A DNA stretch of 21,348 nt. It comes from Candidatus Micrarchaeota archaeon (GTDB taxonomy: Archaea > Micrarchaeota > Micrarchaeia > Anstonellales > Bilamarchaeaceae). This document shows positions 1-7,954 of the stretch, piece by piece. Made by a program: the position numbers and the translations under genes. The notes under the pieces were generated by a model. The model did not search any database. It was given only the letters and a program-made list of their open reading frames with translations, and was not told the DNA's origin. Where the stretch lies: assembly GCA_043827025.1 (NCBI GenBank), contig JBDRPL010000004.1, positions 1 to 21,348 on the forward strand. Direction: 5' to 3'. Positions within the stretch are counted from its first letter, which is position 1. Each line of letters opens with the position of its first letter.

Positions 1-15
1 ATCCCGCCTGCCTGA

Positions 16-113
16 TTTCCAGCCCATGTTCACTTCAGGTTTTTCAACCTTCGTGGCTTTTGGGTAATGCCTAGCCTTTTGCCCTATTAAAGGCAAAATC
101 CAAAAGGCTTGGT
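16..113 (-). other. 98-nt tRNA intron at non-canonical position 59/60 (T-loop)
   Basis: Central helix TTCA(54-57)/TGGA with bulges AA|A and AA|T, closed by the T stem GCTTG/CAGGC. Removal restores the 7-nt TTCAAAT loop. Confidence 0.82.
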
Positions 114-135
114 TTTGAACAAGCAACCTATCCGT

Positions 136-181
136 ATCTGCTGTTTTCACAGCAGTGACACTCTAAAAAGAGTAAACCGAA
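136..181 (-). other. 46-nt tRNA intron at canonical position 37/38
   Basis: Central helix CTGT(32-35)/GCAG with 3-nt bulges AG|T and AT|A, closed by the anticodon stem ATCCG/CGGAT (BHB/BHL geometry). Confidence 0.88.
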
Positions 182-327
182 CTACAGCGGATCGCTCTAC
201 CGTTGAGCTAAGGCGGGTAACTCATTTATTCCTCAGAGGTTTTTTAAATAATTTGGTTGTGTTTCTGTAAGTTTTTGCTTGAAGATAAATCTTAAATACC
301 CTGGCCCTAAGAAGTATATGATCAAAT

Positions 328-3300
328 ATGTTTTCAATAACGCAAAAGTTGTTTTCTTCTGGATTTTTTTTGGTTCTTTTGCTGTCATTGGCATTTTCGC
401 TTGACATCGCTACCTGCACGGACATCTCATCCGGCGGAACATATGCCTTGACTGCAGACATCAACGTTTCTCAGATAGGGGAATCCTCATGCTTCAATAT
501 AACTGGAAATAATGTTTATCTGGATCTCCAGAACCATAGGATTGACGGGGTAAGCGGCGCCGGGTCTGGAAACGGAGTCTTCAATCTTAAGATTGCTGAT
601 GGGGTAACATATTTACATAATATTACGATTGCCAATGGTGAATTGAGATACTCTGCGAATAATGTCCCCCTGCTTTATTTGTTTAATGTTATGGACTCAA
701 GATTCACTAATCTGACTATTGCTAACGTAAGCACAGTAAGCGATCAAATGGTTTCAGTGTATAATGCCCATTCAAACAATTTTTCGAATATGACTATTGC
801 GAATTCTACGTTTATGGGGCTGTATCTATCATCTTCATCCAATAATTCTTTAGATAACATCACAGTATCTGGATGTGGCGAGGACGGGATCAAATTAAGC
901 GGTTCATCTAATAATAATATCACAAATTCCATAATAAGGGACAATTTGGGCAATGGAATCGAAACTGTTTCTTTATCACGCACATTATTTTTTGCGAATC
1001 TTTCCATAAGTGGCCATACTGCCACAGACAAGTCCGGCATTGTTTTTGCAACCGATGGTATGGGATCAACCAATAATAATCTTTCTAATGTCACAGCCAC
1101 CCGCAATTATAACGGGATATATCTTGCATGCAGTGGAGGGGTATGCGATACTAATAATTTCACATTGATCAATGTTACCAACAACACTAATGATGGATTC
1201 AAGCTACAGGTGACAAATGGTGGAAGTACTGCAAATCATGGTGTTTTTGATTTTGCAGATGTTTCAAATAACACTCGTTATGGAATTTTTATCAGCGCTC
1301 CTGATGCCATGGGGTCCAAAGTGAATATGACTTTCAAAGGAGGGGTAGTATATGGAAATGGGAATGCAGGAATATATGTCAATGACACTTCTTTACTGGG
1401 GGCATACAGCATTTCGCATCTGCGGATAAAGGATATGGTTCTGTACAACAATTCATATTCCAATATAAATATCACAGCTACGTACAATACAACCCTCTCA
1501 AATGTTTCATCCTATTTCTCAGGTGCTGTGCCTGCAAGGTGGATGTCAATATATACTAACAGGACCACAGGCTTAAAATTTTCATCAATCTCATTCTTGA
1601 CAAATGGCACTGGTTTTTCATATTATAATGTTACAACATCCAATTTCAATGCAACCAATTGCCTTTATACATCTGGGACAAAGAATGCAAATGTCTCTCT
1701 ATATACTAACGGGGGAAATTATACTGTAACTGCGTGGAATGCAAGTCCTGCAACTGCACCCTATGGCAATGATCTTGGATATTATTTAAACATTACAAAT
1801 GACAGCGCTGAGACCTCTCTTAACTTGACTTTCTATTGGACTGATAGCGATGCTGTTGGAAAAGACATGTCCTTGGCCAAGATGTATAAATATTCTGGAG
1901 GTGCCTGGACAGAAATCACCAGTACAAATGGAGTCACAACTGCATTGGACACAACTGCAAAATCTATTTCAGCGAACAACGTATCTTCGTTCTCGGTCTT
2001 TGCTATTTTTGCTCCAACTGCAGTTTCATCAGGCCAAGCAACATCAACAAGCGATTCTATCGTAAGAGAGGCTTCGATGTCGCATGAACTCTCCTGCGAC
2101 TCAGAGATACTTACTGTTTCTTTAGAGGATGACAGTGGAAAAGCAGTGAATGGTGCAATTATTTCAGTTAGAGATTTGGCCAATGTCAAACTCTTGTCTT
2201 CTTCAACAAATGCAGAAGGAGTTGCAACAATTGATGTTAGTAGTTTGCAGGACGGAAGCTATCTTGTAACTTGGTATAAGCCAGGCTATAATGGAGAACA
2301 GTCCCAGTCCTTCAACAAACAGTGCAATCTTGGACTGATTGCTACTGCCGAGGTGGAATGCCCGAGCGGTGCAATTCTGGTAACAGTACGCGATGATGCT
2401 GGTAATTATGTGCAGGATGCTTCTGTTTATTTTTCACAATTAGATGCCAAAAGTACGGATATGGATGGCAAGGCAAGATTATATGACATGGCTGGCCAAG
2501 CATTTGCTTCAGGGAGTTCATATTATGTCATGGTCAACAAAGATGGCTATTCATCAACCTCTGTTGAAGTTCCATACGCGTCATGCCAGACAGAACAGGG
2601 AAGGCTTGAAGTAGATGTAAGCAAGAATTGTCCTGATGGCATAGTTATCTCGGTTGCAGATTCAATTTCTGGCCCAGTTGCCAATGCAGATGTAACTGTA
2701 GATGTAACTGTAGATGGAACAAGATCCACTACCAATGCCGATGGCAAAGCCTCAATTTTCCTTGCAAATGGTGTTCACAGCATTGTTGTCTATGTTTCTG
2801 GCTATGCAGAAGGGTTTTATGAAATTACTTATGACTTGTCCTGCGAGGGATCAGGCGGCAAGAAAGGAGACATAACTACGCCAGTTGGCACAGAATGCTC
2901 AAGCGATGATGAGTGCGCGCCTGCGCAGGCTTGCGTTGATGGTGCATGCAAGCTTTTGACAGGCGAATGCGGCCATGTAGACAACCACAAATGGATTGTT
3001 GATGCATGCTGCAATGAATACGTGATCTCTGCTCCTGCTAATGTATATGTAGGTGATACTGCAACAGTGACAATTACAAGATGCGGCAAGCCTGTAAGCG
3101 AAACACAGGTTACAATAACCAATCCAAAGAATGAGGTCAAGACGGTTTCAACAGACATGGCAGGACGAACCACAGTCCCAGTTGACTTTGCAGGAATCTA
3201 CAAGCTTCAATTTGCCAAGCAGGGAATCCAGCTTGGTTCGAAATCAATACAAGGCGATCTGAAACAGGTGGTGCCTGATCAGACCAAGAAAAGAGGAATA

Positions 3301-3423
3301 CTTGGCGGCGATCCGAATACTGACAACCTTCTGCTTATAATTGCACTTATTGTTGCAGTTGTTGTGATTCTCTATCTGAGGAACAGAGGAGGAAAAAAGA
3401 AATATTCCTCAAAACAAAAGTAA
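328..3423 (+). CDS. Large membrane-anchored cell-surface protein: signal peptide, right-handed parallel beta-helix (NosD/pectin-lyase-like) repeats, Ig/carboxypeptidase-regulatory-like repeats, Cys-rich motif, C-terminal TM helix and basic tail
   Basis: 1031-aa ORF with a hydrophobic N-terminus, GI-x-L-x-x-S-x-NN-x-I-x-N repeats, repeated PVxxAxV...TxxxGxA Ig-like units, CSSDDECAPAQACVDGAC, many N-x-S/T sequons, and LLLIIALIVAVVVILYL followed by RNRGGKKKYSSKQK. Confidence 0.85.
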   Translation: MFSITQKLFSSGFFLVLLLSLAFSLDIATCTDISSGGTYALTADINVSQIGESSCFNITGNNVYLDLQNHRIDGVSGAGSGNGVFNLKIADGVTYLHNITIANGELRYSANNVPLLYLFNVMDSRFTNLTIANVSTVSDQMVSVYNAHSNNFSNMTIANSTFMGLYLSSSSNNSLDNITVSGCGEDGIKLSGSSNNNITNSIIRDNLGNGIETVSLSRTLFFANLSISGHTATDKSGIVFATDGMGSTNNNLSNVTATRNYNGIYLACSGGVCDTNNFTLINVTNNTNDGFKLQVTNGGSTANHGVFDFADVSNNTRYGIFISAPDAMGSKVNMTFKGGVVYGNGNAGIYVNDTSLLGAYSISHLRIKDMVLYNNSYSNINITATYNTTLSNVSSYFSGAVPARWMSIYTNRTTGLKFSSISFLTNGTGFSYYNVTTSNFNATNCLYTSGTKNANVSLYTNGGNYTVTAWNASPATAPYGNDLGYYLNITNDSAETSLNLTFYWTDSDAVGKDMSLAKMYKYSGGAWTEITSTNGVTTALDTTAKSISANNVSSFSVFAIFAPTAVSSGQATSTSDSIVREASMSHELSCDSEILTVSLEDDSGKAVNGAIISVRDLANVKLLSSSTNAEGVATIDVSSLQDGSYLVTWYKPGYNGEQSQSFNKQCNLGLIATAEVECPSGAILVTVRDDAGNYVQDASVYFSQLDAKSTDMDGKARLYDMAGQAFASGSSYYVMVNKDGYSSTSVEVPYASCQTEQGRLEVDVSKNCPDGIVISVADSISGPVANADVTVDVTVDGTRSTTNADGKASIFLANGVHSIVVYVSGYAEGFYEITYDLSCEGSGGKKGDITTPVGTECSSDDECAPAQACVDGACKLLTGECGHVDNHKWIVDACCNEYVISAPANVYVGDTATVTITRCGKPVSETQVTITNPKNEVKTVSTDMAGRTTVPVDFAGIYKLQFAKQGIQLGSKSIQGDLKQVVPDQTKKRGILGGDPNTDNLLLIIALIVAVVVILYLRNRGGKKKYSSKQK
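2688..2716 (+). repeat. In-frame 12-bp tandem duplication AGATGTAACTGT x2.4 (DVTVDVTVD)
   Basis: Read directly from the sequence. Confidence 0.8.
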
Positions 3424-3450
3424 TTTAATCTTCTTTCCATATTCTTTATC

Positions 3451-4098
3451 ATGGTTCTTACCCAATGTTCTCAGTTAAATGCAAACCATCGTGAAATTAT
3501 TGACAGTATAAAATCTCTTCCCAATGAAACTGCCGAGAGGCTTGCAGAGCTTTTGCTAACTAGGTATAAAGTGCCTGAGTCCGTTAGATTAGAATTAGAC
3601 AGGATTCTTTATGAAGAAGTGGATCGGACTGCAATCCTCAAGGACGTTAATCTTGAACTTACTTCCCAGTTCAGATATTTTGTGCTTCTTCTTATGGCAA
3701 AGGAATCCCGTTTTGATTATGAGCGATCGAATAAGCTAGGCTGTACGGGGTTGTTCCAGTTGTCTCCAAAATCATCTGAAAAAGCAATGGCGCGTGCAGG
3801 AGTTGACATCAATGGGCTGGTAACAATAGAAGGCAATATACGTACTTGGTTCGAGCTGATGATTGTTAAGGAAGAAGAGAAGGGCCAGGCCCCTTGGTAT
3901 GAAAAGCCTTATTCTGACATAGTGTTTCTTACTAATTATGGGAGGTGGCCAAAGGAAGATGATCCTGCCTGGGAAAAACTCAGCCTTCCAAAAACAATGG
4001 CGATGGAGCACATGCACCTTAGGGATTCTTGTACATTGGATAAGGTAGTCCCTAATAAGAAGAAACCTGTTCCAAGAAAGCTCTCAAAATCTGAATAA
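3451..4098 (+). CDS. Lytic transglycosylase SLT/lysozyme-like domain protein
   Basis: LMAKESRF (catalytic ES motif), GCTGLFQLSP (GAxGLMQLxP motif), IEGNI (xPxxNI-like) and a degenerate TNYG where AYNAG is expected. Confidence 0.65.
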   Translation: MVLTQCSQLNANHREIIDSIKSLPNETAERLAELLLTRYKVPESVRLELDRILYEEVDRTAILKDVNLELTSQFRYFVLLLMAKESRFDYERSNKLGCTGLFQLSPKSSEKAMARAGVDINGLVTIEGNIRTWFELMIVKEEEKGQAPWYEKPYSDIVFLTNYGRWPKEDDPAWEKLSLPKTMAMEHMHLRDSCTLDKVVPNKKKPVPRKLSKSE

Positions 4099-5158
4099 GT
4101 TCCAGATAGCTCTTTTTCGAGACCCATTCATCTGCTGAATGCTGGTTCGAGCCTATAGGGCCGTATGAGATTACTGGTAAATTTTGCATTGCGAAAAGGT
4201 TTTCGTCTGCTGGCGAATGTCCATAGGAATGGTTTAGGTTTCCAATCTGTTGTTCAACTATTTTTGCCAGTTTTTGAACGTATTCGTTTTGCTGTGGAGT
4301 CACATATGGCATCAAGTATGGTACGTTTCTAGGGACTACAGTAACATTCGCTTTATTAGTTATTCGATTAGTGATCTGTTGTAGGTGTGCCCTTCCTGTT
4401 TCTGCATTTTCAGGGATTACGAGTTGCCTATCAACAATCAGTTTTGCACAGTCTGGAATCGAAAGTGAAAGGCTTTCTGCGAATATCTTTCTTACGAATT
4501 GGTTGCCTTTTGGAAGATGTTCATGTGTCGGCAGCTCAGGATTCGCCCTTTCGATTTCAATTGCTACTTTTGATGCTTCGGTTATTGCATTTACTCCATT
4601 TCCAAACGCAGCATGCGCAGACTCACCCTTTATATCTATTTGATATTGCGCCCTTCCTCTCCTTCCGAGCATTATATTGTTTGTGCCATTGCGTTCATCA
4701 GAAATCTCGCTTATTTCTGGAACAAGAACACAGGCTACGTCATCAAGGAATCCGCTTTTAGTGATTGCATATGCGCCTTGGGAATCATTTTCTTCATCCA
4801 CTCCGAATGCAATCTTGACGTTTTCAACATTTTCACTATTGCATGCTTCAAGTATTGCAGCTATGCCTGCCTTCATATCATATGCTCCTAACCCGTATAG
4901 CCTCCCGTCCTTTTCTGTCAATCTAAATGGGTCAGTGTGCCAATCTCCATATCTCGGAACAGTGTCCATGTGGCCATAAAGCATAATGCGCCTGCCAGAG
5001 CCTTTCTCTGCAAGTACGTTGAACCTGTTTTCCGAGATGTAGTTTCTAGTTGTCTTGAACCCAAGCTCCTGCAATTTCTGTTCAAGGAATTCGCCCATTC
5101 TTGCTTCATTTGGGAATACAGAATCCATTGCAATTAATTCTGAGAGTAATTTAATCAT
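4052..5158 (-). CDS. M20 family metallohydrolase (ArgE/DapE/LysK/YodQ-like deacylase or peptidase)
   Basis: Metal-ligand motifs GHMDTVP, GLGAYDMKAG, VDEE and HSADEWV. The start is placed at ATG 5158 because it forms an ATGA overlap with the upstream stop. Confidence 0.9.
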   Translation of the reverse strand: MIKLLSELIAMDSVFPNEARMGEFLEQKLQELGFKTTRNYISENRFNVLAEKGSGRRIMLYGHMDTVPRYGDWHTDPFRLTEKDGRLYGLGAYDMKAGIAAILEACNSENVENVKIAFGVDEENDSQGAYAITKSGFLDDVACVLVPEISEISDERNGTNNIMLGRRGRAQYQIDIKGESAHAAFGNGVNAITEASKVAIEIERANPELPTHEHLPKGNQFVRKIFAESLSLSIPDCAKLIVDRQLVIPENAETGRAHLQQITNRITNKANVTVVPRNVPYLMPYVTPQQNEYVQKLAKIVEQQIGNLNHSYGHSPADENLFAMQNLPVISYGPIGSNQHSADEWVSKKSYLELIQILRAFLEQVSSY

Positions 5159-6168
5159 TGCATCACCATTGACCAAACATTCAACCCTTCCATATCCATG
5201 AATCCATTGTTGCCTTCTAATGACTCAGCTCCGCCGATAATGCAATGTTTGGGTAATGTTCCACAATATGACAGGCTATTTTTCCTAAGGGCAACATTTA
5301 TTGGAAGATGAGGTGCCCTTGCCTCGGAATAAATTATCGTTTCCGGGGTTAAGGATAAAATTAAGCTATGCAGTGTTGCACTTACTAATCCGCGTCTACG
5401 GTATTCAGGGTCAGTTGCACATTCACTTAATTCAACCAATGGCAGTGTAATGTCTCCAACCTGGATAGTTGCATGTTCAGCCACTGCTGCTGAGACTATG
5501 GTACCATTATCGCGAATCACCACAACGGAATTTTCACTATTTGTCAGAATGCTTATGAGATTGTTCCGATCAAGCTCGACAAAATACAATGGCAAGCATT
5601 CTTGATATAGTTTTACTAGCCTGTCCATATCTCCATTGGCAGTATCAATTTCTCTATCTATGGCGTAGCCATTTGAATTCACGGACGCAAACAATTCACC
5701 TGAGGAAAGTGGTTTTCTGACGGAAGCGATTTTTATTTCTGCAGTTTGTTGTTCCCCAATATCATCACTTACTGTCCGGTCTGAGGAATTGCAGCCAAAA
5801 TACACGATAAAGGTATTATCATACCTGGGCCCTAAGGGGATTATTGCTTCAATTAAAAAACCACACTCACTGGCAGTATTTCGACAGATTGTTGAAAGAT
5901 CCTGATGGCGAACCAACGCCCTTAAGGTTATTCTTGTAACTTCTTGGTGATTTCCTTCATCACGTACATTCCTTAAAATCGAAAAAGCATTATTTTTATC
6001 CACCAATACGTCCGCAAACCCCTTTAGTCGGTCATTTCCTCTTTCATGGATAGTGCCTTTTCTGCCTAATACCTTGCCCCTATCTAATCTAGGGGGCCAA
6101 CAAGCGCCAACTGATCCCAAATTATTTCTGAATGTATTTACATTATTTCTGACTGTTGCCAATGCCAT
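5155..6168 (-). CDS. GNAT N-acetyltransferase of the beta-lysine acetyltransferase (AblB/YodP) type
   Basis: VELSECATDPEYRRRGL, IYSEARA, INVALRK, YCGTLPKHCIIGG and EGLNVW mirror the AblB C-terminal pattern (EMTDFATLPEYRGKG...YTIARA...YGGTLVNNTNISG...ESMNIW, recalled from memory). GGAGA RBS upstream. Confidence 0.75.
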   Translation of the reverse strand: MALATVRNNVNTFRNNLGSVGACWPPRLDRGKVLGRKGTIHERGNDRLKGFADVLVDKNNAFSILRNVRDEGNHQEVTRITLRALVRHQDLSTICRNTASECGFLIEAIIPLGPRYDNTFIVYFGCNSSDRTVSDDIGEQQTAEIKIASVRKPLSSGELFASVNSNGYAIDREIDTANGDMDRLVKLYQECLPLYFVELDRNNLISILTNSENSVVVIRDNGTIVSAAVAEHATIQVGDITLPLVELSECATDPEYRRRGLVSATLHSLILSLTPETIIYSEARAPHLPINVALRKNSLSYCGTLPKHCIIGGAESLEGNNGFMDMEGLNVWSMVMQ

Positions 6169-6363
6169 TTTTCATCAATCTCCTTTTTTTAGTGCTAAAT
6201 CCGTTCTTATATTCTGAAAAATCAAGAATTCAATCTTCAAAATCCTACAAATTAATAATTAGTGTGTTGCCTGCCAAGGCTTTTTACCTGTGTTCTGTAA
6301 TTCTGAATAAATGGAAAAAATTTGAGAGAATAGCATGGTAATCAATACTCATACGCTGTATTT

Positions 6364-6540
6364 TCAAAACCTACACTCGCCATTAGAACCGTGAGTTTCG
6401 AATAGCAATCTGCGCATTGGTTCCTGTGCAGACCATGTTCTGCTTGCTGCTCCCAATGCGACTGCTGGAGGACGTCCATTCCCAGAACCTCTTGTTTCTG
6501 CAGGAAGTCTTTGTTTTGTTTGTTGTACTTGTTGTGCCAT
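6364..6540 (-). CDS. Unannotated 58-aa small protein MAQQVQQTKQRLPAETRGSGNGRPPAVALGAASRTWSAQEPMRRLLFETHGSNGECRF
   Basis: ATG 6540 preceded by RBS-like GAGGTTGA (6554..6547) and TATA-like TTTAAAAA near 6597..6590. Stop TGA at 6366..6364. GC-richer than the flanks. Confidence 0.6.
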   Translation of the reverse strand: MAQQVQQTKQRLPAETRGSGNGRPPAVALGAASRTWSAQEPMRRLLFETHGSNGECRF

Positions 6541-6592
6541 ATAATATCAACCTCATTTTTGATTTGTTAATTTCTTTAGAATACAAATATTT

Positions 6593-6657
6593 TTAAATAT
6601 ATCGTAATTTTATTACGAAAAACACTGAAAATGAGTTAAATATTACGATTATCGTAA
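6593..6657. promoter_or_regulatory. Cluster of Lrp/AsnC-type operator sites between divergent promoters
   Basis: Perfect palindrome TTACGAT-T-ATCGTAA at 6643..6657 and perfect inverted repeat TCGTAAT-TTT-ATTACGA at 6602..6618, giving four TTACGA half-sites. One abuts the minus-strand TATA box. Confidence 0.7.
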
Positions 6658-6707
6658 AGAAAGACATGACATGTTGGCTTTTTATGCCTTAACCATGAAT
6701 TCATTCA

Positions 6708-7496
6708 ATGTCAAAATTTCTTGATATCACGAAGAAAGCCGCTCTTGCTGGCGGCAAAGTTGCAGAAAAATACTTCGATACAGGCCTGAAGATCCAGCGA
6801 AAGAGAATGGGGTCCTGGCACGATAATTTCACAAAAGCAGATATTGAAAGCGAGAATGAAATAAAACACCTGCTTTCGGATGCTTTTCCAGAGCATCAAG
6901 TTCTAGGGGAAGAAACAGGTTTGGATACGAAATCCGGAGACTCAAATTATATATGGCATATAGATCCTCTTGATGGAACAAACAATTTCGTAGGCGGAAA
7001 CGCAACATGGGGAGTATCAGTAGGCCTTGCCTATAGGGATGTTCCAATTGCAGGAGCAATCTATTTTCCGACATCAAATTCGATATACTTGGCAGAGGAA
7101 GGCAAGGGGGCGACAAAGAACGGAAAAAAGATCAGGTGCAAATCGGTCAAGAGAATCGAGGATTCGATAAGTGTGTTTTCAAGCTATTTCAAAGGGCCTA
7201 ACACCGAGAAAATACTCGAAGCACTTGGCAAAATCGGCCCAAAGTGCCTTGGAGTACGGATGTATGGCTCTGCAGTCTATAATTTTGCCATGCTTGCAGA
7301 AGGGCAGGTCAGTGCAATCGTAAAGAACCGACTTATGTCTTGGGATATCTGTGCTGGTGCAGTACTAGTTCGTGAAGCGGGAGGCGAAGTGTTCACTTCA
7401 AAAGGGAAGGATTGGACTATAGGTGAAAGTGGTGTTTTTGCAACAGCAACCAAGGAACTGAAGTCCGAATTCATGAAACTCATGAATTCAAAATAA
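6708..7496 (+). CDS. suhB: Inositol monophosphatase family protein (IMPase/FBPase, SuhB-like)
   Basis: TKADIESE, LGEE, WHIDPLDGTNNF, RMYGSA and WDICAG motifs. Confidence 0.9.
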   Translation: MSKFLDITKKAALAGGKVAEKYFDTGLKIQRKRMGSWHDNFTKADIESENEIKHLLSDAFPEHQVLGEETGLDTKSGDSNYIWHIDPLDGTNNFVGGNATWGVSVGLAYRDVPIAGAIYFPTSNSIYLAEEGKGATKNGKKIRCKSVKRIEDSISVFSSYFKGPNTEKILEALGKIGPKCLGVRMYGSAVYNFAMLAEGQVSAIVKNRLMSWDICAGAVLVREAGGEVFTSKGKDWTIGESGVFATATKELKSEFMKLMNSK

Positions 7497-7532
7497 ACAA
7501 ATTTATATAAATCTCAGCATGGAGTTTATATT

Positions 7533-7940
7533 ATGGATTTAGATGAGAAAGATAAGCAAATAATTTCAATTCTAAGAAATAACTCACGCGAGTCCAACAC
7601 TGAAATCGCAAAGAAGGTCGGTCTCACAGAAGGTGCAGTGAGAAACAGGATACACAACCTTGTTGAAAGCGGAGCAATCCAATGCTTTACAATAGAAACA
7701 ACTGGAGGCTCTTTTTTTGGAGTTGTCATGGTCAAGGCAAAGAAAGATGTGAAATTGTTAGTGCACGAACTCCACAACTCAAAAATCGCAAAGGAGTCAT
7801 ATGAAATATCTGGGGATTATGATGCATGTGTAATTCTGGAAGGGGAAAGTCTTGAACAGATAGACTCAAAGATAGATCTGTTGAGGAAGCTGAAGGCTGT
7901 TGCTGATACTAAGACATTCATCTCGTTTAAGAAATGGTAA
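7533..7940 (+). CDS. Lrp/AsnC family transcriptional regulator, LysM-like
   Basis: LDEKDKQIISILRNNSR...EIAKKVGLTEGAVRNRI HTH, FTIE linker and YEISGDYD RAM-domain motif. TTTATATA box at about 7502..7509. Confidence 0.92.
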   Translation: MDLDEKDKQIISILRNNSRESNTEIAKKVGLTEGAVRNRIHNLVESGAIQCFTIETTGGSFFGVVMVKAKKDVKLLVHELHNSKIAKESYEISGDYDACVILEGESLEQIDSKIDLLRKLKAVADTKTFISFKKW

Positions 7941-7954
7941 TTAAAAAATAAAAA

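Larger units (their letters stand above)
2..217 (-). tRNA. tRNA-Tyr(GTA) with two introns; exons 217..182, 135..114 and 15..2; CCA not encoded
   Basis: The spliced minus strand reads CCCGCCT TA GCTC AACGGTA GAGC G ATCCG CTGTAG|A CGGAT AGGTT GCTTG TTCAAA|T CAGGC AGGCGGG A. All four stems pair, the anticodon is GTA, and C1-G72 and A73 are archaeal Tyr identity elements. Confidence 0.93.

Noticed and set aside
107..124. Alternative T-arm GCTTG-TTCAAAAC-CAAGC without a T-loop intron
   Set aside because: It gives an 8-nt loop and is not followed by the acceptor 3' strand. The 59/60 splice gives a canonical arm.
4052..4098. 47-bp convergent overlap of the SLT-like and M20 genes as an antisense system
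   Set aside because: Short 3' overlaps are common in compact archaeal genomes, and nothing else supports a regulatory role.
6156..6341. 61-aa plus-strand ORF or a riboswitch in the spacer upstream of the GNAT gene
   Set aside because: AT-rich, no RBS, and no recognisable aptamer or strong stem.
6383..6586. 67-aa minus-strand ORF from the track (MYSKEINK...)
   Set aside because: Its start lies in the promoter region with no RBS. The overlapping frame 6364..6540 has a properly spaced RBS and is preferred.
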